Positions 13,143 through 26,936 of a DNA stretch of 64,000 bases are shown here, one piece after another (the stretch's first letter is position 1; each line of letters begins with the position of its first letter). A program made the translations under genes and the position numbers. This DNA comes from Squalus acanthias (lineage: Eukaryota). The stretch covers positions 6,264,001 through 6,328,000 of the forward strand of contig JASTWF010000033.1 of NCBI GenBank assembly GCA_030390025.1, given 5' to 3'. The notes beneath the pieces were generated by a model. That model was not told the DNA's origin and did not search any database. It worked only from the letters and a program-made list of their open reading frames with translations.

Positions 13143-13539
13143 ACTGGGAATGAATCTCACTCTGTCCAACTTCCCATATATTCAGGGACTGTCAGTAAAT
13201 GTATTTGTTAAATAAAATGCTATCTTTGTGACGCCTTTAAATGTCCCTCATTCCGGTCTCATTCCCTGATGATCAGAATTACCCCCCTGGAGCTCAGTGA
13301 CCGCTTCGTCATGGTTGGTGACACATGTCTCGTTTTGCTGCTCCTTAAATCCCGTATTTTATGGGAATGGGGTGATTTTCCCTAGAAGTAAATGATAAAG
13401 CGGTGATTCCCCTTACTTTATACTCTGTGCATTATATTAATCAGAATAATATCTTGGGGTGAGTTATATTGTGAAACTCTAACTGCTGCTGTAAAATCCG
13501 TCCCCCAGGATTTTATATAACAAGGAGGATTTATGCTGA

Positions 13540-14835
13540 AATACAAACAGAAAATGCTGGAAATACCCAGCAGGCCAGACAGCATCTATAGAGAGAGATA
13601 CAGAGTTAATGTTTCAGGTCGAGGACCCTTCTTCAGAACTGGGAAAAGTTACAGATGTAACAGAGTTTTAGGGGCAGGGAAAGGTGTGCGGGGGGGAGCG
13701 GAGGAAAGAACACAAGGGAAGGTCTCTGATAGGGTGCAAGACAGTAGAGATTAAAAGACTGGAGGGTTGATGGTGCAAGCAACAAGAAATGGTAATGGGA
13801 CAAGTTAAGAAACAAAAGATGAATTGAGGTGCGAATGGCAATGGAAGAATCATCAACAGCTGTCATGCGAGAAAAAAAAGGGAAAAGGACAAACAACAAC
13901 GAAAAAAAATGAAATAGGGGCCGAGTTTATAGTCTGAACTTGTTTAACTCAATGTCGAGTCCAGAAAGCTGAAAAGTGCCTAATTTAAAGATGAGGTGCT
14001 GTTTCTCGATCGTATATTGTACTTTGTTGGAAGAGTGTTAGAGGCCGAGAACGGAGAGATCAGAGTGGGGGTGGAGCAGAGAATTAAAGCGATAGGCGAC
14101 CAGAAGCTCGGGGTCACAATTATGGACTGAGTGGAGGTGTTCTGCAAAACCGTCACCCAATCTGCGTTTAGTCTCGCCAATGTAGAGGAGACCGCATCGA
14201 GAGCAGCGAATACTGTATACTAAATTGCACGAAGTACAAGTAAATCACTGTTTTACCTGGAAGGAGTGTTTGGGGCCCTGGACAGTGGGAAGGGAAGAGG
14301 TAAAAGAGCAGGTGTTGTATCTCCTGTGCTTGCATGGGAAGTTGCCGTGGGAAGGGGAAGGGGTGTTGGGGGTGGTAGAGGAATGGACCAGGGTGTCGTG
14401 GAGCGAGCGGTTCCATCAGAATGCTGAAAGGGGAGGTGAGGGGAAGATTTGTTTGGTGGTGGGATCACGTTGGACGTGGCGGAATTGGCGGAGGATGATC
14501 CGTTGAATGCGGAGGCTGATGGGGTGATAGGTGAGGACAAGGGGAACCCTATCGTGGTTCCGGGAGTGAGCGGAAGGGGTGAGAGCAGAAGTGCGAGAAA
14601 TGGAAAGGACATAGTCAGGAGCTGTGTCAACCACGGTAGAGGGGAATCCTCGGTTGAGGAATAAGGAAGACATGTCGGAAGCACTAGTATGGAAGGTGGC
14701 ATCGTCAGAGCAGATGCGGCAGAGATGGAAAAACTGGAAGAATGGACCAGCGTCCTTACAGAAAGCGAGGTGGGAGGAAGTGTATTCCAGGTAGCTGTGG
14801 GAGTCAGAGGGCTTATAGTGAATGTTTGTTAATAG
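13540..14835 (-). mobile_element. Penelope-like retroelement, 3' part (RT thumb + GIY-YIG endonuclease + pLTR)
   Basis: YKPSDSHSYLEYTSSH...CRICSD...LNRGFP...VPLVLTYHP and CSRCGLLYIGETKRRLGDGFAEH; frameshifted. Confidence 0.9.
13603..13643 (-). ncRNA. Minimal hammerhead ribozyme motif in the Penelope pLTR
   Basis: The minus strand reads CCCAGTT-CTGAAGA-AGGGTC-CTC-GACCT-GAAAC-ATTA-ACTCT: CUGANGA and GAAA cores flanking stem II, with AGTT/AACT as stem I. Confidence 0.7.
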
Positions 14836-15020
14836 CAGCAACAGTTTATTCTGTCCCGTTACAAGTTTTAAATGTCCCTGTGCTCCTATTTTATAGGGGA
14901 GTGGAGTCTCTCACTTTATTCCCCATTAAGCTGGCACTACATTTATTTCAGTTGTAACTGTCCCGACAGTTTCTGGGGAATTTTCGGAAGTTCTCTCCCC
15001 GAGCGGGGCCTCACACTCAG

Positions 15021-15270
15021 GGGGCAGAATATGGGGAATTCCCGGGTTCACTGCCCCCGGTTTACCCAGGAGCCGCCCGCTGTGTGCGAGGCCCCACCGC
15101 TGGGCGGTGCGTGTCTGTACTCCGGGCTAATACCCCACAACACTTTAGATTGGAACCTTTTTACCGGCCGATTTAAGATCCTGAATATCAATCTTTACTC
15201 AATGTTCAGGTCTGTAAATAATTGTAATCATTTACAGCTAAAAGAATTCCCGATTCCCCAATATTCCCAA
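15021..15270. mobile_element. Possible short Harbinger-like MITE
   Basis: Degenerate inverted ends GAATATGGGGAAT ... ATTCCCCAATATTC. Confidence 0.35.
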
Positions 15271-17885
15271 AGCAGGAAGCTTCCCCCTCGACAAGACACA
15301 CCCTGCAAGGTATTGGAGTAAATATCGAACTGTTAGTGATTTAAACTCACGTTTCTCTCCTGTTTCCAGTTGAAATGGTGGATGTGGAAAAAATTTTAAA
15401 TTAATTTTATCTTTACTGCTGGATTATATTTTATGTTTACATTCCACTGCCCAGCCATATTAAATATGATTTATTGTAATTAAATTATCGGACTCAGTGA
15501 CCTGTATTTGGTGAGCTGATAAAGACTGTAAAATCCCTACATGTTAACAAGGATTCGTTCTAGATTCTCCACTCCTTAGGGAATTACTGATCAAATCTCT
15601 TATTATTGGCCATATTTGTGTTGAATCTGCTTCTCTCTGGTTTAACTGAACTTTTTCTTTCCCTTCATTACGGAGCAACAACACAATCCGTGACTTTTCT
15701 ACAATTCAACCAACAGTTAGAGACAAATAAACAGTTACCTCAACACCCGGCATTTGTGCAGTTCGGGTCCCAGCCGCTGGAGTGCTTCACACTGAATGTA
15801 GCAGTCCTCGAGATCGAGGTATTTTATTACATCACAGAGTCCAATGACATGAGACAGGACCGCACAGTCAATCGGGGTCAATGTTAATTCACTAAATGTA
15901 AGTGTTTCCACAGATCCCACTGTGGCCCGAGCCAGTGCTTTATTCTGAGACTCAAACAGGTAGTAGAATGTGTTCAGGAGGTTCCTTTGACCAGTTTCAC
16001 TCTCTGTGTTCCCAATCTGTCCTTCAACCATCTTCTTCACCCAGTCAATCACTTGGCAGGTGGTTTGATGAAGCAATGGACCTAGAAACTCCTCCAGGGG
16101 CCGAGCTGCCTGTGGGGAGGAGAGACCAGCAACAAAACGGAGAAATATCTCAAAACGCCCATCTTCCTCGCTGTGGGCTTCTCTGAGGAATTTCAGGATG
16201 TCCCCGGGATCTGGAGTCAGGAATTGTGCGAGTGCGGCTACAAACTCTTGGATGGTAAGGTGCGGGAATGTATACACCACGCTCTGGACAGAAACATCTC
16301 TCTCCAACAGTTCCATCATGAACCCAGACAGAACTGGGAAGGTTGCAGATTGTACTTGATCAAATCTCCATTTCTAAACACAATCTTCTTCTCGGAGACT
16401 CCTGTGATGGCCATCTTACCAATCTTCAGTAACACATCACGGGGGCTTTCAATCTCTCGGCCATGGTTTTACAGTATGTTGTAAATATAATAGGAATATA
16501 GTTGGGTGATGGTCTTGGGAACTCGCTGCTGATTCCTGTCTCTTTGTGTAAAGAAGGGACCCAGTGACAGACCGAGGATCCAGCAGTAGGAAGGATTGTA
16601 GCACATGGTGTACAGAATCTCGTTCTCTTCCACGTGTTTGAAAACAGCTGCTGCCACCGCCTGATCTTCAAAAAACTTGGTAAAATATTCCTTCCACTCT
16701 TCTCCAACAAATCCCAGGATTTAAGCCCAGACACTGATCTCAGCCTTTTCCAATAAAAGTAATGCGGTGGGGCGGCTGGTCACTAGCACTGAACATCCTG
16801 GGAGCAGCTTGTGCTGTATTAAACTGTACACAATTTCACATACTTTACATCGGCATTCGGGATCAGTGCACATGTACTGAGGTTCTGTATTTCTCCGATC
16901 GTCAGAAAAATCGATATTGCCCTGAAATTCATCCAAACCATCGAATATAAACAGCAATCCCTGTGGGTTCTTCCAGAGCTCTCCCAGAATATTCCTTAAG
17001 TAAGGATAGAAAATTTGTAACAGATTCCACAGGTTTATTTTACAGTTAATAGCGTTCAAATCCCGGAATTTAAAACTGAAAACAAATTGAAAGTGTGGGT
17101 ATATTTTCCCAGTGGCCCAGTCATGAACAATCTTTTGTACAATTGTTGTTTTTCCAATCCCCGGGACTCCGCTCACTGCTGCTGAACTCCCAGATTGGGA
17201 ATTTCTCCGGGAAAAACTGCTCTGGAACAATTGATCAGTTCGGATTCTTTCCAGTTTTCTCCGGAGATGTTTCTCTCTCCACTCTTCATGGTGTCGGCCT
17301 CTTGCCAGCAGTTCATGTTCTACAAGTGTCCGATCTCGAACAGTAGAAATGACCGTTAGCTCGGCGTATCGATCAACCAGCTGGAAAACCTTAACCTTCT
17401 CCTTTATTAGGATAGTGTTCACTCTCAGTGTCTCAGTTTGTACCCGGAGTGTTTCCTTGTGTTTCTGTTGAACATCTTCAATTGGAACAGACAGAAAGTC
17501 GTTTCAATGTTAGTTATATTGTAAAAGAAAGCTCCGATATACTGCTCTGCTTTTCATTAAAATGTAAGAGGACCTACTTCGATATTTTAAACGAGGACAG
17601 TTAGAAAACCAAAACCAACATTTCATGAGAACCGTGGTTGACAGAGGACATTTCTGAGAGATGTTTGAAATCTACATGAGTTGCTAATATTTAGTTAACA
17701 TTGCGAGCTGGGTGAAGGTGAAATGTTCCCTCTGATGGTGAATACTATCTGTCACACAATGTACTGCAGGCATCTCATTACAAATCCACAGGTGATTCTG
17801 GTTATATGGCTGCAGAAGTTATAATGGATACATGATTGAACCCCACCCAGCAGAGCTGAGCTTTTGTACAAATAGCAAATCGGGA

Positions 17886-18256
17886 ATTGGGCAGCACTGA
17901 GAGAGGGACATTGTCACAATGTACTGATTGGGCAGCACTGAGAGAGGGACAGGCTCACAATGTACTGATTGGACAGCACTGAGAGAGGGACAGGCTCACA
18001 ATGTACTGATTGGACAGCAGTGAGAGAGGGGCAGGCTCATAATGTTCTGATTGGTCAGCACTGAGAGGGGGACAGGCTCACAATGTATTGATTGGGCAGC
18101 ACTGAGAGAGGAACAGGCTCACAATGTACTGATTGGGCAGCACTGAGAGAGGAACAGGCTCACAATGTACTGATTGGGCAGCACTGAGAGAGGCACAGGC
18201 TCACAATGTACTGATTGGGCAGCATTGAGAGAGGGACAGGCTCACAATGTACTGAT
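17886..18256. repeat. 41-bp tandem repeat (~9 copies)
   Basis: Unit GATTGGGCAGCACTGAGAGAGGGACAGGCTCACAATGTACT. Confidence 0.95.
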
Positions 18257-18367
18257 GTTCCCCAAATATTTGATCAGGGCTTGGGTGAGTTCTTGGGAAA
18301 TTCTATACATTTCCAGTTAACATGTCACAGGGAAATTTAATGTTATTGTGAAGGTAAAAAGGGGATT

Positions 18368-19440
18368 AACAATAACCACTTGAATTGATATATCGTAGTA
18401 ATAAAGTCCCAAGACGCTTAATTGCAGTGTAATCAGACAAATTGAAACACCAAGCCAAATAAAGAGATATTAGAACAGGTTACCAAATGCTAGTCGAAGA
18501 GATATAATTTTAAGAGTGAAAAGGCGATAAGTAGAGGCGGTTAGGGTTGGAGAGGGAATTCCAGATTTCAGGGTCGAGGCTGCTGTGAACACAGCCACCA
18601 TTAGTGGAGAGGTGAAAATTAGGGATACGCAAAAGCCAAAATTGAGGAGTGCAGAGATCTCGGAGGGTTGTAGGCCTGGAGGTGATTGCAGAGATAGGGA
18701 TGGGTGAGGTAATGGAGGGATTGAAAACAAGGTTGATAATTTAAAAATCAAGGCTTTGCCAGACAGGGAGCCTGTGTAGGTCAGTGAGCCCATGGGTGAT
18801 GGGTGAACGGGACTCGGTGCGAGTTCCGATAGGCACAGCAGAGTTTTGGATAAGCTCAAATTTTCAGAGTATGGAACGTTGGTGGTTGGCAAGCCTTAGC
18901 GTGTTGGAATAATTGAGACTGGAGATAACAAAGGCACAGATGAGGATTTCAGCATTAGATGGGCTGAGGCAGGGGAGCAGATAGCGAATGTTACGGAGGT
19001 GGAAGTAGATGGTGTTGTTGATGGAGAGGGTATGGGAGCGAAAGGTCAGCTCAGGATCTAATAGGATGCATTGGTTGCAAACAGCATCACACAGTTGCCA
19101 GGGAGAGGAATGTAATCCGTGGCTAAGGAATGGAGTTTGTGGCCGCGACCAAAGATAATGGCTTTGGTTTTCCCAATATTTAATAGGAGGAAGTGTTTGC
19201 TCAGCTAATACATGATGTCGGACAAGCTGCGTGACGCATCAGAGACAGTGGAGGATGTGAGAGAGATGGTGGTGAGGTAGAGCTGGTCTCGTCAGTGGAT
19301 ATGACACTGTGTTTTCGGATGATGTCGCCAAGGTGCAGCATGTACATGAAAAATAAGAGGGGACAAGGATAGATCCTTAGGGGTTACCAGAGGTAGCAGA
19401 GCGGGAGCGGGTAGAGAAGCAAGCGCAGGAGATTCAATTC
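18368..19440 (-). mobile_element. L2-type LINE 3' portion, degraded
   Basis: L2 3' terminus plus degenerate RT C-terminal motifs; homologous to 48346-49150. Confidence 0.75.
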
Positions 19441-20129
19441 TCTTGCTAAGATTGGATGAATAGGAATGGAATGGAATTAAGAAAGATGATGAAGGGCATC
19501 GGGAAATTAAGGTCAGGAAAGGTCAAGGAAATTTGATTCGTTTCCTTTATTGAAGAGACTTCAGATTCCAATATTTAATGGAATTAACAACACCGCTGCA
19601 GGAACCAGGATCACTCAGAAGGGAATCAGGTACTGACAGAAAATTCCAATTAGGAGGTAAGGATTCAGATGGAATTGAGGTTCAATTATTTCACCCAAAG
19701 TGTAATAGAATAAGGGATTAAGTTACTAGGGAAGGACATTTGGGGCAGTGTAAATGGGACCGGGAGACAAGTCGATAAGTTTCTGTGGAGACACTGAACA
19801 GATCGATAGGTGAGATATTCACTGTTACAGAGACAGACCTGTTTGGGTCAAGTGGATTTATTCTGGTTCTCAGAATTTTCCTGCTGTAATTTTGTTTCAG
19901 AAAATACCAACAGTCTTTAACGTTGTTGCACATACAGACCGCATGGCCTAGAATTTGATCGGGCCTGAAAACGGGCGCGCAGTGAACGTAGCGTCAACTG
20001 CACATGCCTCTTAGTGATGACGAAGGCAGCAGGTAATATTTGTGCTGATTGTAATGAGCCAGTGGTGCAGTTAGCGCTACCCGTGTTATTCACTGGCTAT
20101 GCGCCTGTGTTTTCCTTTGGACGGGGGTG

Positions 20130-23085
20130 GGTGCTAGAACGGAGAGAAACAAAGCTGGAAGTGCAAGTTAGAAAAGTAGTCAGCAAAACAAGTACGGAGC
20201 AGGAACAAAGGCCAACAGTAAAGTGGGACAAAGTGCCGAAAAATATTAAACAGACAAAGTTGCCGGCACTTTATCTAAATGCACGTAGCATTCGCAACAA
20301 GGTGGATGAATTAATTGCACTAATAGAAGTAAATAGGTGTGATGTAATTGCCATTACAGAGACATGGTTGCAGCGTATCCAAAGCTGGGAACTGAATGTT
20401 CCAGGGTACTTAGGAAGGACAGACTAAAAGGAAAAGGAGGTGGTGTAGCGCTGTTAATAAGGGATGAGATCGGTACGGTAGAGATAAAAGATCTTGGCTT
20501 GGCAGATCATGATTTTGAACTGGAATCAGTTTGGGTGGAGCTAAGAAACAGCAAAGGGCGGAAAACATTGGTGGGGGTTTGTGTATAGGCCACCAAACAG
20601 TAATAGTAATGTAGGGCACAGTATCAATCAAGAGATTAAAAGTGCATGTAACAAGCGCAATACGGTAATCATGGGGGACTTTAATCTACATATTGACTGG
20701 GCAAATCAAATTACCACTAATGGTGCGGAGGACGAATTCTTGGAATGCATGCAGATGGTTTCCTGGATCAACCAACCAGGGAACAGGCTATTCTGGATCT
20801 GGTTCTGTGTATTGAGAAAGGGCTAATCAATAATCTCGTGGAAAAGGGGCCTTTAGGGACAAGTGATCATAATATGATTGAATTTGAAATCAAGTTTGAG
20901 AGTGATGTAGTCCAATATGAAATTAAGGTCTTCAATCTAAACAGAGGAAACTACAAGGGTATGAGGGACAAGTTGGCCATGGTAGATTGGGAGACTACAC
21001 TAAAAGGTATGAAGGTGGACATACAATGGTTAACATTCAAGGAAATAATGCATAATTTGCAACAAACATATATTCCTCTAGGGAATAAAAATCCAAAAAG
21101 GAAAAGTGATCCAACCATGGCTATTAAAAGAAAATAAAGCTAGTATTAAGTCAAAGGAGGAAGCTTATGAAGTTGCCAGAAAAAGCGGTCAGCCTGAGGA
21201 TTGGGATCTTTTTAGAAATCAGTAAAGGGGGAATAAGAAATTGATAAAGAAAGGAAACATGGAATATGAGCACAAACTAGCGAAAAATATAAAAACGGTT
21301 TATAAAAGCTTCTATAGGTATGTGAAAAGGAAAATACTGGCGAAGGTAAATGTAGATCCTTTACAGTCAGAGACGGGAGAATTTATAATGGGGAATGAGG
21401 AAATGGCGGCCAAATTAAATAAATACTTTGTTTCTGTCTTCACGGAGCAAGACACAAAAAAACTCCCAGAAATACGAGAAAACCAAGGGTGTGACGAGAA
21501 TGAGGAACTTAACGAAATTATTATTAGTAAGAAAACAGTACTAACAAAATTGATGGGACTAAAAGTCGATAAATCCCAAGGATCGGATGACCTACATCGT
21601 AGGGTTTTGAAAGAGGTGGCCATTGGAATAGTGGACGCATTGGTTGTCATCTTCCAAAATTCTACAGAATCTGGAACGGTTCCTGCAGATTAGAGGATAG
21701 CAAATGTAACCCCGCTATTTAAGAAAGGAGGGAGAGAGAAAACAGGGAACTACAGACCTGTTAACCTCAAATCAGTAGTTGGGAAAATGCTGGAATCTAT
21801 TATAAAGGAGGCAATAACTGAGCACTTAGAAACTAATAGTAAGATTGGGCAGAGTCAACATGGATCTATGAAAGGGAAATCCTGTTTGACAAACCTATTG
21901 GAGTTCTTTGAGGATGTAACTAGTGGAGTAGACAAAGTGGAAACATTGGAAGTGGTGTATCAGGATTTTCAGGAGGCCTTCGATAACGTCCCACACAAAA
22001 GGTTGGTGAACAAAATTAGGTCACATTGAAATGGGGGTAATATACTAGCATGGATTGAGAATTGGTTAACAGATAGAAAACAAAGAGTAGGGATAAACAG
22101 GTCTTTTTCAGTTTGGCAGGCTGTGACTAATGTGGTACTGCAGAGATTGGTGCTTGGGCCCCAGCTATTCACAATCTATATCAATGATTTGGATGAGGGG
22201 ACTAAATGTAACATTTCCAAATTTGCTGATGATACAAAGCTAGGTGGCAGTGTCAGTTGCGAAGAGGATGTGAAGAGGCTTCAAGGGAGCTCGACAGGCT
22301 CAGTGAGTGGGCGAGAACATGGCAGATGGAATATAATGTGGATAAATGTGAAGTTATCCACTTTGGTAGAAAAAACAGAAAGGCAGAGTATTTCCAAAAT
22401 GGTGAAAGATTGGGGAATGCAGATGCCCAAAGGGACCTGGGTTTCCTTGTACATGAGTCACTGAAAGTGAATGTGCAGGTACAGCAAGCCATTAGGAAGG
22501 CAAATGTTATGCTGGTCTTCATTACAAGATAATTTGAGTACAGGAGTAAAGAAGTCTTACTCCAATTATATAGGGCCTTGGTAAGACCACACCTGGAGAA
22601 CTGTGTACAATTTTGGTCTCCTTACCTAAGGAAGGATATACTTGCCACAGAGGGAGTGCAACGAAGGTTCACGAGATTGATTCCTGGGATTGCGGGACTG
22701 TCGTATGAGAAGAGATTGAGTAATCTAGGACTGTATTCTCTTGAATACAGAAGAATTAGAAGGGATCTCATTGAAGCATACAAAATTATTACAGCGCTTG
22801 ATAGGATGGATGCTGGGAGAATGTTTCCCTTGGCTGGGGAATCTAAAACCAGTGGCCACAGCCTCAAGATAAAGGGTAGGCCATTCAGAACTGAGAAGAG
22901 AAGAAATTTCTTCACACAGAGGGTGGTGAATCTTTGGAATTCTCTACCCCAGAGGGCTGTGGAGGCTCAGTCATTGGGTATATTCAAAACAGAAGTCGAT
23001 CGATTTCTGACTAGTAAGGGCATCAAGGGATATGGCGATAGGGCCGGTGAATGGAATGAGGCAGAAGATCAGACATGACCTCATT
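20130..23085 (+). mobile_element. CR1 LINE with a near-complete but broken ORF2 (APE endonuclease + RT)
   Basis: LYLNARSIRNK..IAITETW, YRPP, IMGDFN, SDHN, KFADDTK and NLWNSLP; several stops and frameshifts. Confidence 0.95.
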
Positions 23086-23562
23086 AGATTGTATGATCAC
23101 TGTTCCCTAAATGTTCACCTACAGATATTGCTCCACTTGACCCACCTCATCCCCCAGAAGCAGATTTAGCAATCTCCCATTCCTCGTTGGGCCGGAAACA
23201 TACTAATCAAGAAAGTTCTCCTGAACACACTTCAGAAATTGGTTCCCCTCTCTGCCCTTTACACGATTTCTATCCCAGTATATATTAGGATATTTGAAGA
23301 CCTCTATTTCTGTCCTCCATTTCTAATTAAAAAGTTACCGTGTATTTCTTTCTTCCCCTATTCTCTGTTTCCAAATAAACAGTCAATGTGTTCCGCTAAA
23401 TTTCCAAGTCTTCTATTTCTATTTAAACAGTTGTTGTGTTCCCCATAATGGTCCTGTCCGATCTATCTAACTAAATACTTACCCTGTCTTCCTTACTCCC
23501 CCTGTTCTCTGTTTCTAATTAAACAGTTACTGTGTTCCCCTTACTTCCCCTGCTCTCAGTTT

Positions 23563-26500
23563 CATAGAAACATAGAAGATAGGAGCAGGAGTAGGCCATT
23601 CGGCCCCTCGAGCCTGCTCCGCCATTCAATGCGATCATGGCTGATCATCCAAATTCAGTACCCTGTCCCTGCCTTCTCCCCATATCCCTTGATTCCTTTA
23701 GCATTAAGAAATATATCTAGCTCCTTCTTGAATATATTTAATGAATTGACTTCTACTACCTTCTGTGGTAGAGAATTCCACAGGTTCACCACTCTCTGGA
23801 GGAAGAAATTCCTCCTCATCTCAGTCCTCATCCTCATCCCTTATCCTTAGTCTGTGACCGCTGGTTCTGGACTCCCCCGCCATCGGGAACATCCTTCCTG
23901 CATCTGGTCTGTCTAGTCCTGTTAGAATTTTATAAGTTTCAATGAGATCCCCTCTCATTCTCTAAACTCTAGCGAATATAAGCCTAATCGATCCAATCTC
24001 ACCTCAGATGTAATTCCTGCCATCCCAGGTATCAGTCTGGTAAATCTTCGCTGCACTCTCTCCATGGCAAGAACATCCTTCCTCAGATAAAGCGACAAAA
24101 ACTGCACACAATACTCAAGGTGTGGTCTCACCAAGGCCCTGTACAACTGCAGCAAGACATCCTTGTTCCTGTACTCAGCCCAATTAAATGCATATTTTGG
24201 TTCTGTCTTCACAAAGGAGGACACAAATAACCTCCCAGAGATGTTGGAGAACATACGGTCTGATGACAGGGAGGAACTGAAAGAAATCAGTATTTGCAGG
24301 GAAATGGTGTTGGGGAAATTGACGGTATTGAAGGCCGATAAATCCCCATGGCCTGATAATCTACATCCTAGGGTATTTAAAGAAGTGGCCCTAGAAATAG
24401 TAGATGCATTGCTGATCATCTTCCAACATTCGATGGAATCTGGAACTGTACCCATGGATTGGAGGGTAGCTAATGTTACCCCACTATTCAAAAAGGGTGG
24501 TAGAGAGAAGGCGGGGAATTACAGACCGGTAAGCCTGACATCGGTAGTGGGGAAAATGCTAGAGTCCATTATAAAGGATGTAATAGCTGAGCATTTGAAA
24601 AACAGTGACAGGATCGGACAAAGTCAACATGGATTTACAAAAGGTAAATCGTGCTTGACTAATCTACTGGAATTTTTTGAGGATGTAACTGGGAAAATAG
24701 ATAAGGGAGAACCAGTAGATGTGGTGTATTTGGACTTTCAAAAGGCTTTCGATAAGGTCCCGCATAAGAGATTAGCGGGTAAATTTAAGGCACATGGGAT
24801 TGGGGGCAAGGTATAGACTTGGATAGAGAACTGGTTGGCGGACAGAAAGCAGAGAGTGGGAATTAATGGGTCTTTTTCCGAGTGGCAAGCAGTGACTAGT
24901 GGGGTACCGCAGGGATCGGTCCTTGGACCCCAGCTATTCACAATATACATTAATGATCTAGATAAGGGAATTAAATGTAATATCTCCAAGTTTGCAGATG
25001 ACACAAAGCTGGGTGGGAGTGTGTGCAGCGAGGAGGATAGCGAGAAACTCCAGGATGATCTGGACAGGTTGGGTGAGTGGGCAGAAGCGTGGCAGATGCA
25101 ATATAACGTGGATAAGTGCGAGGTTATCCGCTTTGGTGTCAAAAACAGAAAGGCAGACTATTATCTGAATGGCAAAAGATTGGGAGAAGGGGAAGTGCAA
25201 CGAGACCTGGGTGTCCTTGTGCACCAGTCGCTGAAAGTAAGCATGCAGGTGCAGCAGGCGGTGAAGAAGGCAAATGGTATGTTGGTCTTCATAGCGAAAG
25301 GGTTTGAGTATAGGAACAGGGATGTCCTGCTGCAGTTGTACAGGGCCTTGGTGAGACCACACCTTGAGTCCTGTGTGCAGTTTTGGTCGCCTTATCTGAG
25401 GAAGGATGTTCTTGCCATGGAAGGAGTTCAGCGAAGATTCACAAGGCTGATACCTGGGATGGCAGGAATGACATATGAGGAGAGATTGGGTCGATTGGGC
25501 TTATACTCGCTGGAGTATAGAAGATTGAGAGGGGATCTCATCGAAACATATAACATTCTGACAGGTCTGGACAAACTAGATGCAGGAAGAATGTTCCCGA
25601 TGATCAGAGAGTCCAGAACCAGGGGTCATAATCTACGGATAATGGGTAAACCATTTAGGACAGAAATGAAGAAGAATTTCTTCACCCAGAGAGTGGTGAA
25701 CCTGTGGAATTCTCTACCACAGAAGATAGTTGAGGCGAGGTCATTAAATATATTCAAGGATGAGTTAGATATATTTCTTAAAGCTAAAGGTATCAAGGGA
25801 TATGGGGAGAAGGCAGGTACAGGGTACTGAGTTTAGATGATCAGCCATGATCTCATCGAATGGCGGAGCAGGCTCGAGGGGCCGAATGGCCTACTCCTGC
25901 TCCTATCTTCTATGTTTGTATGTACTGGAATCGTCTCGCTATGAAGGCCATCATACCATTTGCCTTCTTAACCGCCTGCTGCACCTGCATGCTTACCTTC
26001 AGCGACTGGTGCACAAGGACTCCCACGTCTCGTTGCACTTCCCCTTTTCCCAATCTATTGCCGTTCAGATAATAATCTGCCTTCCTGTTTTTGCAACTGA
26101 AGTGGATAACCTCGCATTTATCCACATTATACTGCATTTGCCATGCATCTGCCCAATCACCTAACCAGTCCAAATCATTTTGGACTTTCTCTGCATCCTC
26201 CTCATAGCACACACACCCACCCAGCTTTATGTCGTCTACAAACTTGGAGATATTACAACTAGTTACCTCGTCTAGATCATTTATATATATTGTGAATAGC
26301 TGGGGTCCTAGCACCGATCCCTGCGGTACCCCACTAGTCACTGCCTGCCACTCGGAAAAAGACCCGTTTATTCCAACTCTTTGCTTCCTGTCTGCCAACT
26401 AGTTTTCTATCCAAGGCAGTACCTTACCCCCAATCCCATGTGCTTTAAATTTGCTTGCTAATCTCTTATGCAGGACCTTATCGAAAGCCTTCTGAAACTC

Positions 26501-26936
26501 AAAATACACCACATCCACTGGCTCTCCCTTATCTATTCTACCAGTTACATCCTCAACAAATTTCAGTAGATTCGTCAAGCATGATTTACCTTTTGTAAAT
26601 CCATGTTGAATTTGTCCGATCCTGTCACTGTTTTCCAAGTGCTCTGCTATTACATCTTTTATAATGGACTCTAGCATTTTTTTCACTACCGATGTCAGAC
26701 TTACCGGTCTATAATTCTCTGTTTTCTCTCGACCACCTTTTTTAAATAGTGGGGTTACATTAGCTATCCTCCAATTCATGGGAACTGTTCCAGAGTCGAT
26801 AGAATTTTGGAAGATGACCAGCAATGCATCTACTATTTCTTGGGTGACTTCCTTACATACCCTATGATGTAGATTATCAGGCCCTGGGGATTTATCGGCC
26901 TTCAATCCCATCAATTTCCCTAATACCATTTCCCTA
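23563..26936 (-). mobile_element. CR1 LINE split by a younger opposite-strand CR1
   Basis: The 3' part (23563-24177) and 5' part (25921-26936) join in register (..AFIARRF|EYRNKDVLLQLY..). Confidence 0.88.
24178..25920 (+). mobile_element. Young 5'-truncated CR1 LINE nested in a CR1
   Basis: Long RT ORFs at 24163-25830, a CTATGTTT tail and an apparent TGTACT target duplication. Confidence 0.92.

Larger units (their letters stand above)
9114..17475 (-). pseudogene. NACHT-LRR (NLRP3/NLRC3-like, fish-type NLR) pseudogene
   Basis: The NACHT exon (15739-17475) has Walker A GVPGIGKT, Walker B LLFIFDGLDEF, LVTSRP and FPHLTIQEFVAA. LRR exons are 10623-10709, 10312-10482, 10000-10170, 9688-9858, 9374-9541 and 9114-9201. 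Disablements: TAA at 16721-16723 and 16469-16471, a 1-nt frameshift near 16331, and an acceptor reading CG instead of AG at 10710-10711. Confidence 0.92.
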
